In this document: piece after piece, positions 1 through 14,374 of the stretch
Numbering within the stretch: position 1 is the stretch's first letter
Layout of the letters: every line of letters begins with the position of its first letter
DNA from: Rhizophagus irregularis
Lineage: Eukaryota
Length of the DNA: 64,000 bases
Assembly (NCBI RefSeq): GCF_026210795.1
Contig: NC_089434.1
Coordinates: forward strand, 806,001-870,000
Direction of reading: 5' to 3'
Notes under the pieces: model-generated
What the model saw: the letters and a program-made list of their open reading frames with translations, nothing else
Database searches by the model: none
Told to the model about the DNA's origin: nothing
Position numbers and translations under genes: made by a program

Positions 1-165
1 CAACAACTACATTTGCAACTACCAATACAACCCCAACTGAAAGTAGTCAAACTTCACCCTCACAACAAAATTATCCAACTACCAAGACTGAAACTAAACC
101 TTCACTTATAATTTCTACATCACCTTCACAACAAGATTATCCAACTACTCAAACTTCTCAAAAAA

Positions 166-1050
166 TTGTTTCAACACCAACACATTTACCAACAAATTCA
201 ACTTCACGACGAAGGCAATTCCATGTTCGTCATGGCCGTAGATTTATACGTTGCAAATCATCATCTGTTGATATCCGATACTCATTCTGATAGTAATAAA
301 GATATTATCTTTAAAAGCCTTAATTGTAAAATATCTGTTATGATAGCCGAAGCTGAAGCTGCTTTAAATAGTAAGGTTGAAGTTACAGTTGAAATGATAC
401 TTGTCGAGGAAAAAGAACGCGAAGAACAAATTATGAAAGAATTTGGAATTCAAACTCCAATTAGTAGGCGAGCTCGTACAAATTTTAATGTTCACAATTA
501 CAATTACAATAATTACAATAAAATCACAATAATATAAAACTCTCTCCACCGATTTTTTAAACCAAAATTTTTACGAAAGATAAAAACAATTTTTATTATA
601 AAACTATACAAAAATATGTCAAAAGTTACAGTTTTAATGCCAAAGAGAAGATTAACAACTTTATGGAGAAGTTTTTTGACGAGTTTGAAGATGTAGAGGA
701 AAAATACATAACCAAGATGGAATGCCAAAGTTAGACAACTACCTAAAATTCAAAGGAGATGCCTTAGGACCAAACGCTCATAACAAACCAGGAAATATAC
801 CGGTATGACTTTTTACACAAGAGATGAAACATCCAGTAATAACGTACTATACAACAATTTTCCTAATAAAATGGAGTGGCGAGGTCTTCAAGAAAATTAT
901 CACAAATATTCTTCGAGGAAATTTTTCCATGATTTGCGCAGCCAACAAAATAAGATAGAAATGCTAGAACGAATAATATCGGTTAAAGATGATGAAATTA
1001 AAAAATACAAAGAAATGATTATAAATTTGAAAATCGTAAAAGGGAGTTAG
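166..1050 (+). pseudogene. Degenerate ORF remnants, possibly a decayed retroelement gag-like region
   Basis: Broken ORFs at 166-537 and 805-1050. Frameshifted text between them reads FDEFEDV...KLDNYLKFKGDAL, loosely gag-like. No pol or LTR seen. Confidence 0.2.
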
Positions 1051-2893
1051 AAGTTGATGTAACGGTTAAAGAACGAATAAGATTAGAGAAAGAAGAAAAA
1101 ATTATTCAGGGTAAGTTAAAGAGCTAAAGCAGAAGAAGGATCAAGATACGATTTCACCAACTCAAAAAGGTAAAGATGAATCGAGTCAAACAAGGCGTAA
1201 AAGTCAGAAAATTTCGAATACACAAAGTTACCCTAAATTGGGGTGTTGGACATCTCACGTGACTCATTATTATATGATACTAATGATAGATTCTTTTTCA
1301 TGCTGTTTGAATTTATTAAAGGCAGAGGTGTTAGTTACAGATAAAGGAAATATTTAAATTTTTAAGGTTTTTTTTATTAAACGTTCATTCCTTTTTTTTA
1401 TTTCCATGTTCATATATGATTTCGGTGTAAATTTATGTATTTTTTTTTGGTATCCAATTTTCATTTACGTTGAACCCATTAAGCGCATAATATTTATCCC
1501 AAAGTTTCAAATAGTTTATATTTTACAATAATTTTTTCACATAATTTTTTACTTCTGTTAAAATTTTATATCATAAATAGTATTTTTGCCTACTCAGCAA
1601 ATTTAATTAGTATGACAAAGATATAATCATATTTTAATGTATAGATTGATGGGTATATTAAAGTAAGTGTACAATATTGTTGGCCACCTAGCCATTCTGT
1701 TGCTTCTTCAATTGGTTCAAAAATTTTAATAATAATAAAATGTTTACCAAATTATTTATTATTTTGAATTTACTGAATAATTTAATTATTTCTAATATAA
1801 AGGTTAAAATTTCAATGTGAAGCAAGAATATTTTCATTATTATTGAAACTTTTTTTTTGACAAATGGTCTTTGGAAATGGCGCATGGGATCATCGATTAT
1901 TTCCTAATTTATTTTACATCAGGATCATCTTTATTTATTTAGTCAACGGAATTCCTATAATCTTAAAAGTTCCTAAAAATTAAAATGTCAATAACTTTTC
2001 AAACTTGATGCAAGAGGCACCATTTAATATAGAAATTAATACTATTATTGTCCTCATCAAAGTACTTTTGACAAATTACGTGATGATATCCAATAACCTT
2101 TTATTTGTTTTTAATGATTATGGAGTTGATGTGGCTGTGAAGTGAATAATCAGATAAAAGAAATGAATTATACTTTCCTGATCTTAGTTACCATTTGAAC
2201 AATATAGATATATTTATTTTTTTAAAAAAAATAGATTTCCACATTATTAATTCAAAGTGGCACTGTTCGTCCTGATTGTGGCACAATGTAAAAAAAAAAA
2301 AACGTGGAAAAATACTCTCATACATCTCTTTTGCTTCACCCACCCTTGTTAACAATTTATAGATAATTGTGGCTAAAAATAATCATTGATATCTCTTAAA
2401 TTGCAAATTTAACATGGTCGAAATACGTGTTATTATAGAAAAATTTTCTTATATAAACACTTTGGGAAAGAGGAGAAAAAATTTCTTTAAATACATTAAT
2501 ATACAACGAATTAAAAATTATATAACATACACAAAATTAATAATGAATTTCATATACTTATTGCTAAATTTCGTCTTCGCTATTGTTTTAATTTTTTTTT
2601 TTTTTTTTTTTAACGAAGTCGACTTTATTTAGAAATAAGAAAAATTACAAAAAAGGAAAAGATCTACATTATATAACATTTAGTAAAGAACACGATCGAA
2701 CTAATACTATAATATTATTAGGGACTTAAGATTTTATGTTCAAAAGAACTATCTACCATCCTGCTCACCCAAATAGGTTCACTAAACTATCCGCATAACT
2801 ACTACTATTCGTATGGACTTCGGTAATGTTATATAAAAACTCACCACAACTCCTTTAATTACTACTACAACATCAAAGATAATAAAAATAATA

Positions 2894-5800
2894 CTACGAA
2901 ACACTACCGTAATCAACAATATTATAGTAATCTATTGTATTACCCCCAAAATAAATATGACTTTGAAGACTTTGTAGATTAAAGTATTTCTTATTTTTTG
3001 ATTTACGCGTTTTGTCAATAAACTGCTCTTTACCAAAATGTTGTTTTTTAACATTTTTATCAATTCCCAAACCTCTATCAATTTCATTAAGTTTATTACA
3101 CCTCACTTTCCAAAAAATCATAGATTTATCCAAAATTTCATTCCTAAAATTATATGACAAAATTTCAACTTTTGATTTCGTAGATAATAATTGTTTAAAA
3201 AAATTAATTAACGAACAAGGAAAGAAACCTTTAATTAAATCTATGAAAGTTATGTGATCCTCTGATACTTCAAGTTTCCAAATATCATTGAGATTTTTAA
3301 TATGTTCAAGAGTAATATGATTAATAGGATCTAAAATTTTATTAATTTCTAAAAGAAGCCAATTTTGTACTCCTGAAATTAAATCATCCATATCCTCTCG
3401 TCTTTCTTCACAAAACCAGATATGATTGAAATCTTCTTCATCCTCTTCACACATAGGACAAAACCTTTCTTTATATAATGAAAATAAAGTTCTTTTAATT
3501 TGTTCAATGCAAGGAAGTTCTTCAATCATCAACTGAATTTTGCGTCTTCTAATTTTTGATTCTTTGAAATCAGTGTATAATTTTTGTTTTTCTCCCAAAA
3601 AATTATTAAAAAAAATTGACCAATCTATTTCACATTTTCTATACTTATCATTTCTATTTAAATTTAAAAACCTTTCCAAATTTTTCGTATTGGTTGTTAA
3701 TGTAATTAACTTTCTTAAAGATTTTTCTATAACTATGCCATTCCATTTGGGAATCCAAGGAAGATCATAAAAATTATTATAATTTAAATTAATTCCTAAA
3801 TTTTGATCATTATGTGCCAAAGAAACAATATTGTCGACATAATTATTTAAAGAATCATCTGTATGAGCATTAACTTTAAATATATTAACAGATAAATTAT
3901 TTTCTTTAATAATATCCATAATTATTTTCCAAAGAATGTTGTTATTACTAATTTTAAAAATTTGTCTAGTAACTAAAGTAAAATTATAAAATTTAAATTT
4001 TTCAAAATTACTAATAACGCTAGCACTATCTGTATAAACTGTTAAATTACTATTAGAAGGTGCTATTAGCAAAGTAATTAATAAAGCAAAAATTTCTGCA
4101 CGTGTTGATGAAATCCAATTATTATAAGATGATATTAATTCCAAAATTTTTTGCAAGGACAAATTATAAAAAGTTGTTCCAAAAGTAGCTGATACATATT
4201 CTTTGGTAATATCTTTAATTGAACCATCTGTATAGCAAACAAAATCTTTAATGTTTGAATCATATAAAATTTTTCTTGAATCAAATAATTTCTGTTTATC
4301 TAATGATAAATCTATATATTTTTCAATAATATCTAAACTATTTTCATCAAAACGTAATTGATAATTATCATATGAAGAGTAATATAAAGGGTTTCGTTTA
4401 AAAAATTGATCATATCTTATAATATTTTCCATATAATTATGTTGTGCTTCCTTTAGAAGATATGCCTTATATCCCTTCCATTTAATAAGTCTTTTATATC
4501 TCACTTCATATATTTCAGTTTTCATTGATTCTATTATACATTTACCCTCTATTTGACCAATATTATATTCACAACCATTACATACTTTAATAAACAAATT
4601 AATTTCACTTGTGTCTGATATTCTTTTAAAATGTTCAAAAATATATGTAAAGGGCTTTTCTTCAATTATTTTTCCATAAATATTTTCAAAATGAAACATA
4701 TTAAAAGATGTTATAATATTATTAATATGAATATTAATTGGTAAAAATTCATAACCACCCAAATTTGTGACTACATTATTATCTATATATTCCTCTTTAA
4801 CATTATAATTTTTTCCATTAGTTGTAACTAAAGACTGAATTTTTTTATATATATTTGGCGTATTAACTACATTACTATTTCTATTATTACTAAGAGCAAA
4901 TATCTTATTTTTTATATTCCACCATGTCAGAAGAGTTTTGTTATCAGGAGATAAAAATTGGTCCAAAAAGTATAAATTATTCATACGTAAAATTTTTATA
5001 TTTTTCAAAAAACTTTCAGTTCCAACAATTTCCATAATATGACGACCCCTTCCTAATACAGTACTATTTTTCCCAATATTGTGTTTATTAAATTCTATAC
5101 TAAAATTATAACTTTTCATTAATAATAAATTATTAATAATAAAATTATTTCGCAAATGTTGACCCATAAAGATTAAATCTTTATTAGAAAAAGGAAAATT
5201 AATTAAAGGATTGAAAGGTAAAAGTAGTTTATTTTGAATATCTACTAAACGAATCTCCATTATTTTTCCTAGAATTCCTTGATCATTAATTTGAATTATA
5301 AAATTATTAACCTTAGCTTGCAATTGATTATCAAAAATTGAACGAATATTATATAATAAATTAAATTCCATAATTATATTTGGTGCAGTTGAAGCTAACT
5401 TTAATTTATTTTTAAAATTTTTTCTATAAGGAACCATGATTTTTTCACAATCTTTTTCTGATAGTATTATCGTTTGTGTCCTATATTTGATACGTGGTAA
5501 TATTACAGCATTAAAAATATAGGAACTAATTTTATCTGTTATGCATTTGTTCTTCAGCAGGTTATTACTTAAATTTTTAACTTCATCAAAGGCTTGTTGT
5601 TTGATAAAATTGTTATCATTATATATATTGAACCAAACACCCAAGATTCTAAGACTTTCTGTTTTTCCTTTAGGTTTGATTTTGATTTTCTGATTGCCAA
5701 ATTCTAACTCTATTTTTTCATTAAAATTAAAATTCTTTTTCTTAAGTAACAATTCAGATTTTTCTTTATTTATTTGAATATCGTTAAGAGTATAGAAGTC

Positions 5801-8398
5801 ATCAGCCATTTTTAATATTTTTTCTAATTCTTCTTTATTGCCAGCTAACATATTAGTATCATCCATATATGCCATGCTGGTAATGTTTTGTTTTACTTCT
5901 ACCTCTATATTTTCATATAAATTGATTTTCTTTTTTGCTTTTACACGATATCCAAAGTGTTCTTGCTGTATGGCAGTAAGAAGTGGATCATAATATATAC
6001 ACCACAAAAGTGGTGAGATTATTTCCCCTTGATCGATTCCAACCATTACATCATATGGATTACTTAATCCTCCTGCTGTAAATACACTATTTTTCCGTCC
6101 TAAAAATAACTCTTTTGTTAAATTAATAAAAGAACTTGGTATTTTAAGACGTTGCATAGCTTTTTCTAACATAAAAATATTAACACGATCATATGCTTTT
6201 GACATGTCTAATGATAAAATCCACAGTTCCTTATCATTCTCATTAGCATCTTGAATTATTTCATTAATAATCCTTAATGGTTCAAAAGTTGAACTGAAAG
6301 GCAATCCAGCAAATTGTAAACCTTTAAGAATTTTGTTTTTCTGAAGAATTGTTGATAATCTTGCATTCATTATTGATACCATTAATTTCCTAGCCGTTTC
6401 CAACAAAGTTATTGGGTGTGTATTAACTAGTTGACAACCCCATGGCTTTGGTTTCGGTATAGGATAAACATTAGCATATTTCCATTCTAATGGTATCTCT
6501 TGATTATTAAAAATTAAAATAATTAATTTTCTAATAATTTCTTTAAATTCTGGAGATGCGTGTTTCAACATTTCATTACTAATACCCGTAGGTCCAGAAG
6601 CTTTATTATTTGATAATTTATTTAAAGCTTCATTCAATTCATCATTTGTAGGCTCTATCATCAAATCTTTATAAATTTTATCATTAATTTCATCTTGAGG
6701 AAAATAAAATTTTGCCCAATATTCTGATAAAATCTTAGGTTGGTTTGTTGATCCTGCAATATTTTGAAAATGATCATTTACAATATCTTTTATTTTTTCT
6801 TCATCAGTGATTAATTTATCTTCATTATTTTCTTTAATTAGAACTCTGTCTAATACAATGGATTTAATTTCACGTTCCATTACACTATTAATCATACGTT
6901 TTTGATTTTCTAATAAATCTTCACAGCGTTGGTCAATTGCTAGTTTAATTTTTTCTTCTTTGAATTGTAAAAGATCGTGATTATATAGGATTAAATAAAT
7001 TTGATATAAATTTTTTATTTCTTCAAAAATTTCCTTGACACTTTTATCATCCTTAGGAATTTTATTCCAACAATAATCACTTTTTTCTCTTCCAATTTCC
7101 AATAATTTTTTTCTATATGTAATCCAATTTCTGATCACATGATTTCTTTTTCTTGAATCTTTAATTGAACGTCTGAAATTTATTAAAAATTTCATTACTT
7201 TATATGCATTAGATATTTTCATTGGGTTGACTTGACTTTTAGTTAATTTGATTTTTTCTATTGGAATACAATTTTTACTAGCTTGAACAAGACCTTTTTT
7301 GATCTTATCCCATATATGATTAATATTATTTTTATCGTTAAAATTAAATTTTAAAATTTCTGAATTTGAAATGTATTTATTAAGATCATTCTGAAATAAT
7401 TCCCATTGCTCTCCATCCATTTTATCATACTTATAAACTTCTTTAAATCCTTCCTTCCGTTTGATATTAGCAATATTTCCAATCAAATCTTCTGACCATA
7501 TTGAATACACTAACATTCTATGATCAGTATTAATTGTTGTTGTATTAACAATTTTGCATTCTTGTGTTTCTGAAAATAAATTTTCTGTTACCCAAATGTA
7601 ATCTATTCTAGAAGGATTTTGATTTGTATTAAAAGGATAGAAAGTATTTAAGGAATGTTGTGATAAATTATCGAACATGATATAGAAAGGATCATAAAAA
7701 TTTTGTTCATCTTCAATCCATTCAAAAAGTTTATATTCTTTTTTCATTTTACGATTATTATTTTTATCATCCAGATATTTTTCATAATGAAGATTAAAAT
7801 CACCAAGAAGAATAATTTCTGCATTTTGTGCTTTACTTTCTCTAACCAATTCTTTGATTTTATCAAAATAAATTTTAACTTCTTGATTAAAATTGTCTAA
7901 AGTAACTCGTCCAGATTTTCCATAATAATTAATGATTCTCATTTTTTTATTTCCACTAAAAATAAAATCAACATATATAATTCTTCCTTTGAAGCTATTA
8001 TAATTGACTATATGCCGTGCATAATTTTTCTTAATAATAAGACCTACACCATTTCCCCTATAATTAGTTTCCTCATTTGCAAAATAAGTAACATAATTAT
8101 TTCTATAAAAATTAAAAGAATGTTTTGCCATTTTGTTTGATATATTAGTTTCTGATAGACCCAAAATAGTTATATTATATTCACCTAATATATCAATTAA
8201 GAATTGTTTTTTAACATCAGTTATACCTTTAATATTCAATGAAGCTATTTTAATTATATCTGATAAATTGAGTCATTGACGTGTTTTCGGACGATAAATT
8301 TGTTGATTATTTAAATTTGAACGTGATTTTTGATTAACAGGGGAAGGATTATTATAATGTTTTTTCTTAAAAGAATGTGTTTTTTTATTGTTCATCAT
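2894..8398 (-). CDS. LINE ORF2: APE endonuclease, reverse transcriptase, RNase H and C-terminal zinc finger; one premature stop near the N-terminus
   Basis: Endonuclease motifs LGLSET, LLGDFN, SRIDYIW, TDH. RT motifs QGEIISP and AYMDD. RNase H motifs CYTDGS, RAEIFA, VYTDS. Zinc finger CPMC...H..FC. An in-frame ATG at 8398 is separated from the rest of the ORF by TGA at 8275-8273. Confidence 0.93.
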
Positions 8399-8422
8399 TA
8401 AAAATAATATTTAAAGGGGTAT

Positions 8423-10521
8423 TTAATCCTCATGGGATTCATTATTGTCAATAATTTTATCCCCTTGAAAATTATTAACGTCATTATTATTGTCAGAAGT
8501 AAAATATTCCATAATTTTTGAGATATTTTTACTCATAGTTGATAAAGCATCACCGAATCTATTAATTTCGTTATTTTGTTTGTTTAAACTATTTTCTATA
8601 TCTGAAGATCCTGAGGCTTCAAGTTGTTCATTATCAACTCTTGATCTTTTGTTATTCTCATTTTGTAAGGCGATTGTACTTCTATCTTGATTGACTTTAA
8701 TATTTTTTCCTGAACTTGTTGTAGACTTGTTTTCTTTATATTTATAAAATTCAGATTTAATACGATAGTTTTCTTGTTGGATTTTTTTGAAATCATTAGC
8801 TAATTTATTCAAATTCTCATTAAGTTGTTTAATTTGCGTGAAAATTCCTTGATCAAGTGACTTTTCATTAACGTTATTATTTCTATCACGTGAAATATTT
8901 TTATTCCAATATCTATTGATATTTCCATTATTATATTTAGAATAATTATTTGAATTATTACTTTGCTGACGTTTTTCAAACGAATTTTGTTTTGTTACAT
9001 TTGCATAACTGCCTTTTTTAAACTTCTTGTTATTTTCTTGACGAAACTCCTTAAGCTTTTGCTTTCTATTCATTACACGTGGTTTAGCAGATGGTTCAAT
9101 ATCACACTTACTAATTAAATGATCAAAGGAACCACATCTATGGCATGATTTTTCACCTGGAGTTCCCCAATGAAGCGTTCTATTATAAAAAATAATATTT
9201 CTTTCTGCTGCAATACCTATATCTTCATCATTTTCATAATAAACTATTGCATAATTCAATGGTTTATTATTATTTGGATTACGTGGTATAAAAATATACT
9301 TAGGATTGTTAACTTCTAAAGCTTCATGTATATCATAAGCAGTTGAATTCCATGGTAATCCAGTTAATTTAACTGTATACATTGATCTTTTTTCTATTTC
9401 ATCTTCTGACAAAATTTTTGGCACAATAAGTACTTGATGTTTTCCAATCCATTCTGACCATATGCCTTTGTAAAATTTTTGTAGACTTTCTTCTTTTTTA
9501 TATGTAATGAAAGCTTGAATATATAAATTTCTAATTCTGGTATAAAAGCCATTTTCTTCTATTTCACCATATTTGTTAAATACAGCTCTAATTTGATAAT
9601 TAGGAATTTCAATTGGAATATTTATAACTTTAATCGTTCTACAATTTCTATCTTTAATTTCTTCTTCAGTAAAAACTTTTTTAGTTTTTTGATATGGTGT
9701 AAATTTTATTATTTCCTTAACCTTACTATTAGTACTCGACTCTGCATCTTCACCATTTTCATGTGACTGTTCATCATCAATAATATCAATTTCTAGATTA
9801 ATAATTTTATCATAATCATTTTTCATGATTGGTAAAATGATAAATTCGGGTTCTTTCTTATTTAAGATAACTCCCCGGCCAGGGTAACATTAATTCCAGC
9901 TAGTTGTTTTCTCAAATTAAACTTTTTTTGAATAATATTGTTTCCTGGAATAGAATCTTTTTTGATTTTAACTAAAATAGGTTTAGCCTTATTAAAAATT
10001 TCTGAATGATTATCACTAATTATGTCATTAGTATCACCATTTTTCTGATTATCCTTATTAAAAGATTGATTATCTGTTTGATTATCAATTTTTCCATTGT
10101 CGACGATCATTTCATCATTTTTTTCACCATCAATTGGTGCATCTAGATTTTCTGGTGTTACTTGATTATCTGTATTGGATTTTGCTGCGCCACCGCTTTC
10201 AGATGAAGAAGCAAAAGTATCTTGACTAATATCCATATCATCAGTAGTTTTTTCAGTAGATTTATGTTGCCTAAAAGACAAACGAGGTTGTTTTTTCTGT
10301 TGTTTTTGTTCAACTTGTTTTTCTTTATCTTTTCTTTTAGTTTTACGAGAACTTGCAGGTTGCCAATCCTGAATAATAGGATTGATATTGAAGACTGGTT
10401 TATGTATCGAGTCTTGAAGAGTTTGCTGTTGTCCTGGTTTGTTAACTTCTTTATCTTGTTGCTGTCTTGTACTTGACCGAGTGGCGTGAACCCTAGGTTG
10501 CGACCCTGACATCTCGAACAA
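8423..10521 (-). CDS. LINE ORF1 (RRM-like domains, CCHC zinc knuckle, coiled coil), split by a 1-nt frameshift at ~9875
   Basis: RRM-like TIKVINIP..IRAVFNKYG and TVKLTGLP, knuckle CHRCGSFDHLISKC. ORFs 9862-10521 and 8423-9826 join if one base is added at the C run 9873-9876. Confidence 0.85.
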
Positions 10522-10999
10522 GTTAAAACTTAATAAACTTACTCTTAAAATTGAACTTTTTCCTTTAAAAATTCCGCAGTAAAAATGGTCTTGAATACAA
10601 AGAAGAAGAAGTTTTTATACAACTTATATTTCTCGCTATTGTTTTAATTAGCGTAGAAGAGAGGTTGAATTGATCAGATCATTTCCAAATTTATCCATTT
10701 TTCCGCTTAATTTGGATAGTGTTGTAAATGATCGTCAAGAGTTGATATGTTTTTTGATCAATTTTGGAAAAGCTCAGATAAAAATTTGAGTTGCGTTTTA
10801 TAAATAATACTTAATGCATTATGCTTTATGATTAGATCACGAGTACAAGTACGAGTTAGTGTAGACAATTCATAATCATAATCATAATGCATATGCATAT
10901 GCTTATGCTTCTTTGACATCAAAAGAATAAAATTGCGATTTAGGGCTTCCTGTGCCACTTTTGTTGTAAGTTAAGTTGAACCATCAAAAAATAAGACAC

Positions 11000-12200
11000 A
11001 CGGCAAATTTCAATTTTTGATGATCTGCGTACATAAAATTTTTTTTTCTTTTGTTTTTTTTCAAGTTAATTTTAACAAAAATAAATGTATATATTTTTTT
11101 TTTTCGTATAATGATTATTTTTATTAATCAATAAATTAAATATTATTGTTAAAGTTTCAAGAAAAAATTCATACAAAAAATTAAATTTATTTTTTTACTT
11201 TTTTTTAAAAAAAAGAAATTTACTTTTAATAGATATATTTTTTCATTTTTGTTGTACAATAGATGCAATAAATAATTTTTATTAAATTAAACATAAATTT
11301 TTGACTGTAATTTTATTAAAAAAAATTAATAAAAGGTCTTTAATTTTATTTTTTTCGTAAGTAAATTGAAATTTTTAATGATCTACGTAAGAAACTTTCA
11401 CTTCATTTATTAATTTTAGTTTCTATTTAAAAAAAGAAAATTACTTTCAATAAGTATATTTTTTAATTTTTTTTGTATAATAAATATAATAAATTATTTT
11501 TATTAAGAGTGAATTTATTTACCGCACCCTGCGTTACAAAGCATCCTTCCTTTTTTGTAAATTATTTATGTCAATCTTTAGTTTATACGCCGCACCCCCC
11601 CTAAAATGGCAAATGATAAACATAAAAATATATATAAATTTGTAACGCAGGGTGCGGTAAATACATTATTTCTTTTATTAAATTAACAAAATTTTGACAA
11701 TAATTTTAAAAAAATTTAATAGAAGATTTTTAATGTTTTTTTTTTCGTAAATTGAAATTTTTAATGATCTACGTAAAAATGTCACTTGATTTATTAATTT
11801 GGGGGTTTTTTATTTAAAAAGAAAATTATTTTCAATAGATATATTTTTTAATTTTTTTGTACAATAGATATAATAAATTATTTTTATTAAATTAACATAA
11901 AATTTTAAATGATTTTAAAAAAAATTTAAATAAATGATCTTTAAATTTTATTTTTTTCGTAAGTAAATTGAAATGATGATCTACGTAAGAAATTTTTAAA
12001 ATGTCACTTGATTTATCAATTTTGTGGGTTTTTTTTTTAAAAAAAATTACTTTACCGAATAAAGTATTTTTATTTTTTGTTATACAATATACAATAAATT
12101 ATTATTAAATATTTACCATAGAATAACAACTATTTTAAATTAACCAATTAAAATTTAGATTTTTACGGCAATAAATTGAATTTGATGATTTACGTAAACA
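11000..12200. repeat. Degenerate ~200-bp tandem units in the Helitron 5' region
   Basis: AAATTGAA..TGATCTACGTA core recurs at ~11010, 11363, 11750, 11965 and 12174. Confidence 0.7.
11507..11672. mobile_element. MULE-like MITE nested in the Helitron
   Basis: 25-bp perfect inverted repeat TATTTACCGCACCCTGCGTTACAAA at 11516-11540 and 11639-11663. 9-bp TSD TTTTATTAA. G...C ends. Confidence 0.75.
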
Positions 12201-12662
12201 AAAGTTTCAATCTTATTCAATTATTATTTATCTATCAATTTTTTTGTTAATCTTTATGAAAAAACGTATCATACAGTATTATTCAATATTTTTTTATTTT
12301 TTATTTAATAAAAAAAATTATTTTATTTTATTTTATTTTTATTTATATAATAATTAAATGATGAAAAATTTACAAATATTTTTTGTCATTTGAAAATTCA
12401 TTAGCTAATCAACAAAATCCCAAAACAATTACTAATAAATTTATTATATATTTGTCTAATTTAACTTTTAAACAATTAAACAAAATTTTATTATACATAA
12501 ACATTTCACATATTAAAAAAATTCCCAAAAAAATTTCTCATAAAATTTAAATATTTTTACGTACAATAAAATAAAATTTCCCAACTATTTCAATAAAAAA
12601 AAACTTATATAAAGGCTATAAAAAAAAACGTTTGTGTTAATTTTTTTTTATCTATAACAAAA

Positions 12663-13754
12663 ATGCCAGCTCAACTTTCCACAATCTTATATATTTCAAA
12701 TTATAAAGAATCTACTGCACCAAATTTCTTTATTGGTTCTGCAACTGGCATAACAAGATTAAATGAAAATGATTCAATACAAACATTTAACATAACTATT
12801 TTTTATCCAATTGATCCTTCAATACCATGTTATATTCCAAAACTAACAAATGGCCAAGTTCTATCAGTAAATAATTGTAAATTTTCGTTGGGAAATAATA
12901 ATGAAATTGATGTAAATATTTTTTCTTTTTTTTTAATCCACTTTTTATTTATTAAAAAACTAAATATTTAAAATATTTGTTATACATAAAAATAAATAGC
13001 TCATTATAACTGCAGCAAGAATTCTTGATATAAAACCAACTGATTTACCTGTTCATCCTATCTATATTACAGCAGTTGGGTTAGCAGCTGATGTTCCTAT
13101 AATTTCTAACCATGGAGTAAAAATTGATTGTCTTATTAGTGATTATTTATCTAAGGATAAAATTGTTGAAATACCTATTACAATTTTTCATCCCTTGAAT
13201 CCCGTCTTAAAAATCAAACCACAAACATAAGACGTGGATCTAGTCTATTTTTTTCAGGGGAAATAACTTTAGTTGACAATAAATTATATCTTGAATTACA
13301 TAATTTTTCTTTTTTAAAAGGTCAATCTCAAGTACCTTCTAATAAATCAACGTCTTTACCATGGTTAAATACTACAACATCTGAATCCTCAACAACACAA
13401 ACAAACAATGCACACCTTATTCATCAAGAACAGAGAATACCAGAATCAACTAAACGTAATATTCAAAAGCCATTTGAACCAAATAAAGTAATGAAATTAG
13501 CAGATATTGCTACTAATATACTTGATGATCAAAATGAAAATATTGAAAAAACTAATGATCATGATGATGACAGATCATCTGAAAATGATAGTGATGTTAC
13601 TAATGTTACACATGATGACAAAACGGTAATAAAAAATTTTAACTTTATTTAACATATATTTCAAAATTAATTACTAATGATTATACCATTTTCAGCCAAC
13701 TCGAGGAAAAAAAGAGGCAGAAAACCTTCCCATTCAAAATGTAAATCCAAATAA
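12663..13754 (+). CDS. Helitron accessory gene, probable tandem OB-fold ssDNA-binding protein with basic C-terminal tail (3 exons, two 1-nt frameshifts)
   Basis: Exons 12663-12911, 13000-13625 and 13696-13754 with GT-AG introns. Two beta-rich repeats (..FNITIFYP..LTNGQVLSV..; ..IPITIFHP..IRRGSSLFFSGEITL). The tail reads KKRGRKP after frameshift repair. The OB-fold call is inferred. Confidence 0.6.
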
Positions 13755-14374
13755 AAATAATTTAATAATATATTATAACATTTTAAAAAACATTATATTA
13801 CTTTATATTCTATTATTTTTTATTCATCTATTCATAAAGAAATTTACTATTTTTCTATTAACTATAATACTTTTTTTTAATATTTTGTATATCTCTTATT
13901 ATTGTTTTACGTTCAAATAAATAAAATTTCTATTTTATATAATAATTGTTAAATCATCTATTATTTACTATGTGTACGACAATCATTAAATCATTTATTT
14001 TTTATGGTTGACAATCATTAAATCATTTATTATGTAACACTGATTAACAATATACATCTGTTACTTTATACAAATTATAACACTAACCTATTTTAGTTAA
14101 TATATTTGATAAACCAAAATTTGAAAAATATTATCGCGAGATTATTAAAAAAATGTAGTCATAATAAAAGTGATAAATTATAAAACAATCAATTATTATT
14201 AAATTGTATAAAGAATTATCAAAAATACGTAGCAGTATGGAAAAAAATTAGTCAAAATAAAGTAAATAAATAAAATGTTATATATATTTAAATAAATCAC
14301 TTTTTCATAAATTTTCTTTTACGAACAATTTATCATTATTTTACAATAAAAAAATAAAAAACCAACTTTTAATT

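Larger units (their letters stand above)
2594..10632 (-). mobile_element. Full-length non-LTR retrotransposon (LINE) with RNase H
   Basis: 17-bp TSD TCGCTATTGTTTTAATT at 2577-2593 and 10633-10649. Poly(A) tail seen as the T run at ~2592-2611. ORF1 and ORF2 both present. Confidence 0.95.

Noticed and set aside
2414..2632. 72-aa ORF ending in poly-Phe
   Set aside because: The tail is the LINE poly(A) read on the + strand. Only 2543-2593 is plausibly coding.
3012..10476. Short + strand ORFs within the LINE
   Set aside because: Antisense shadows of ORF1/ORF2 with no motifs.
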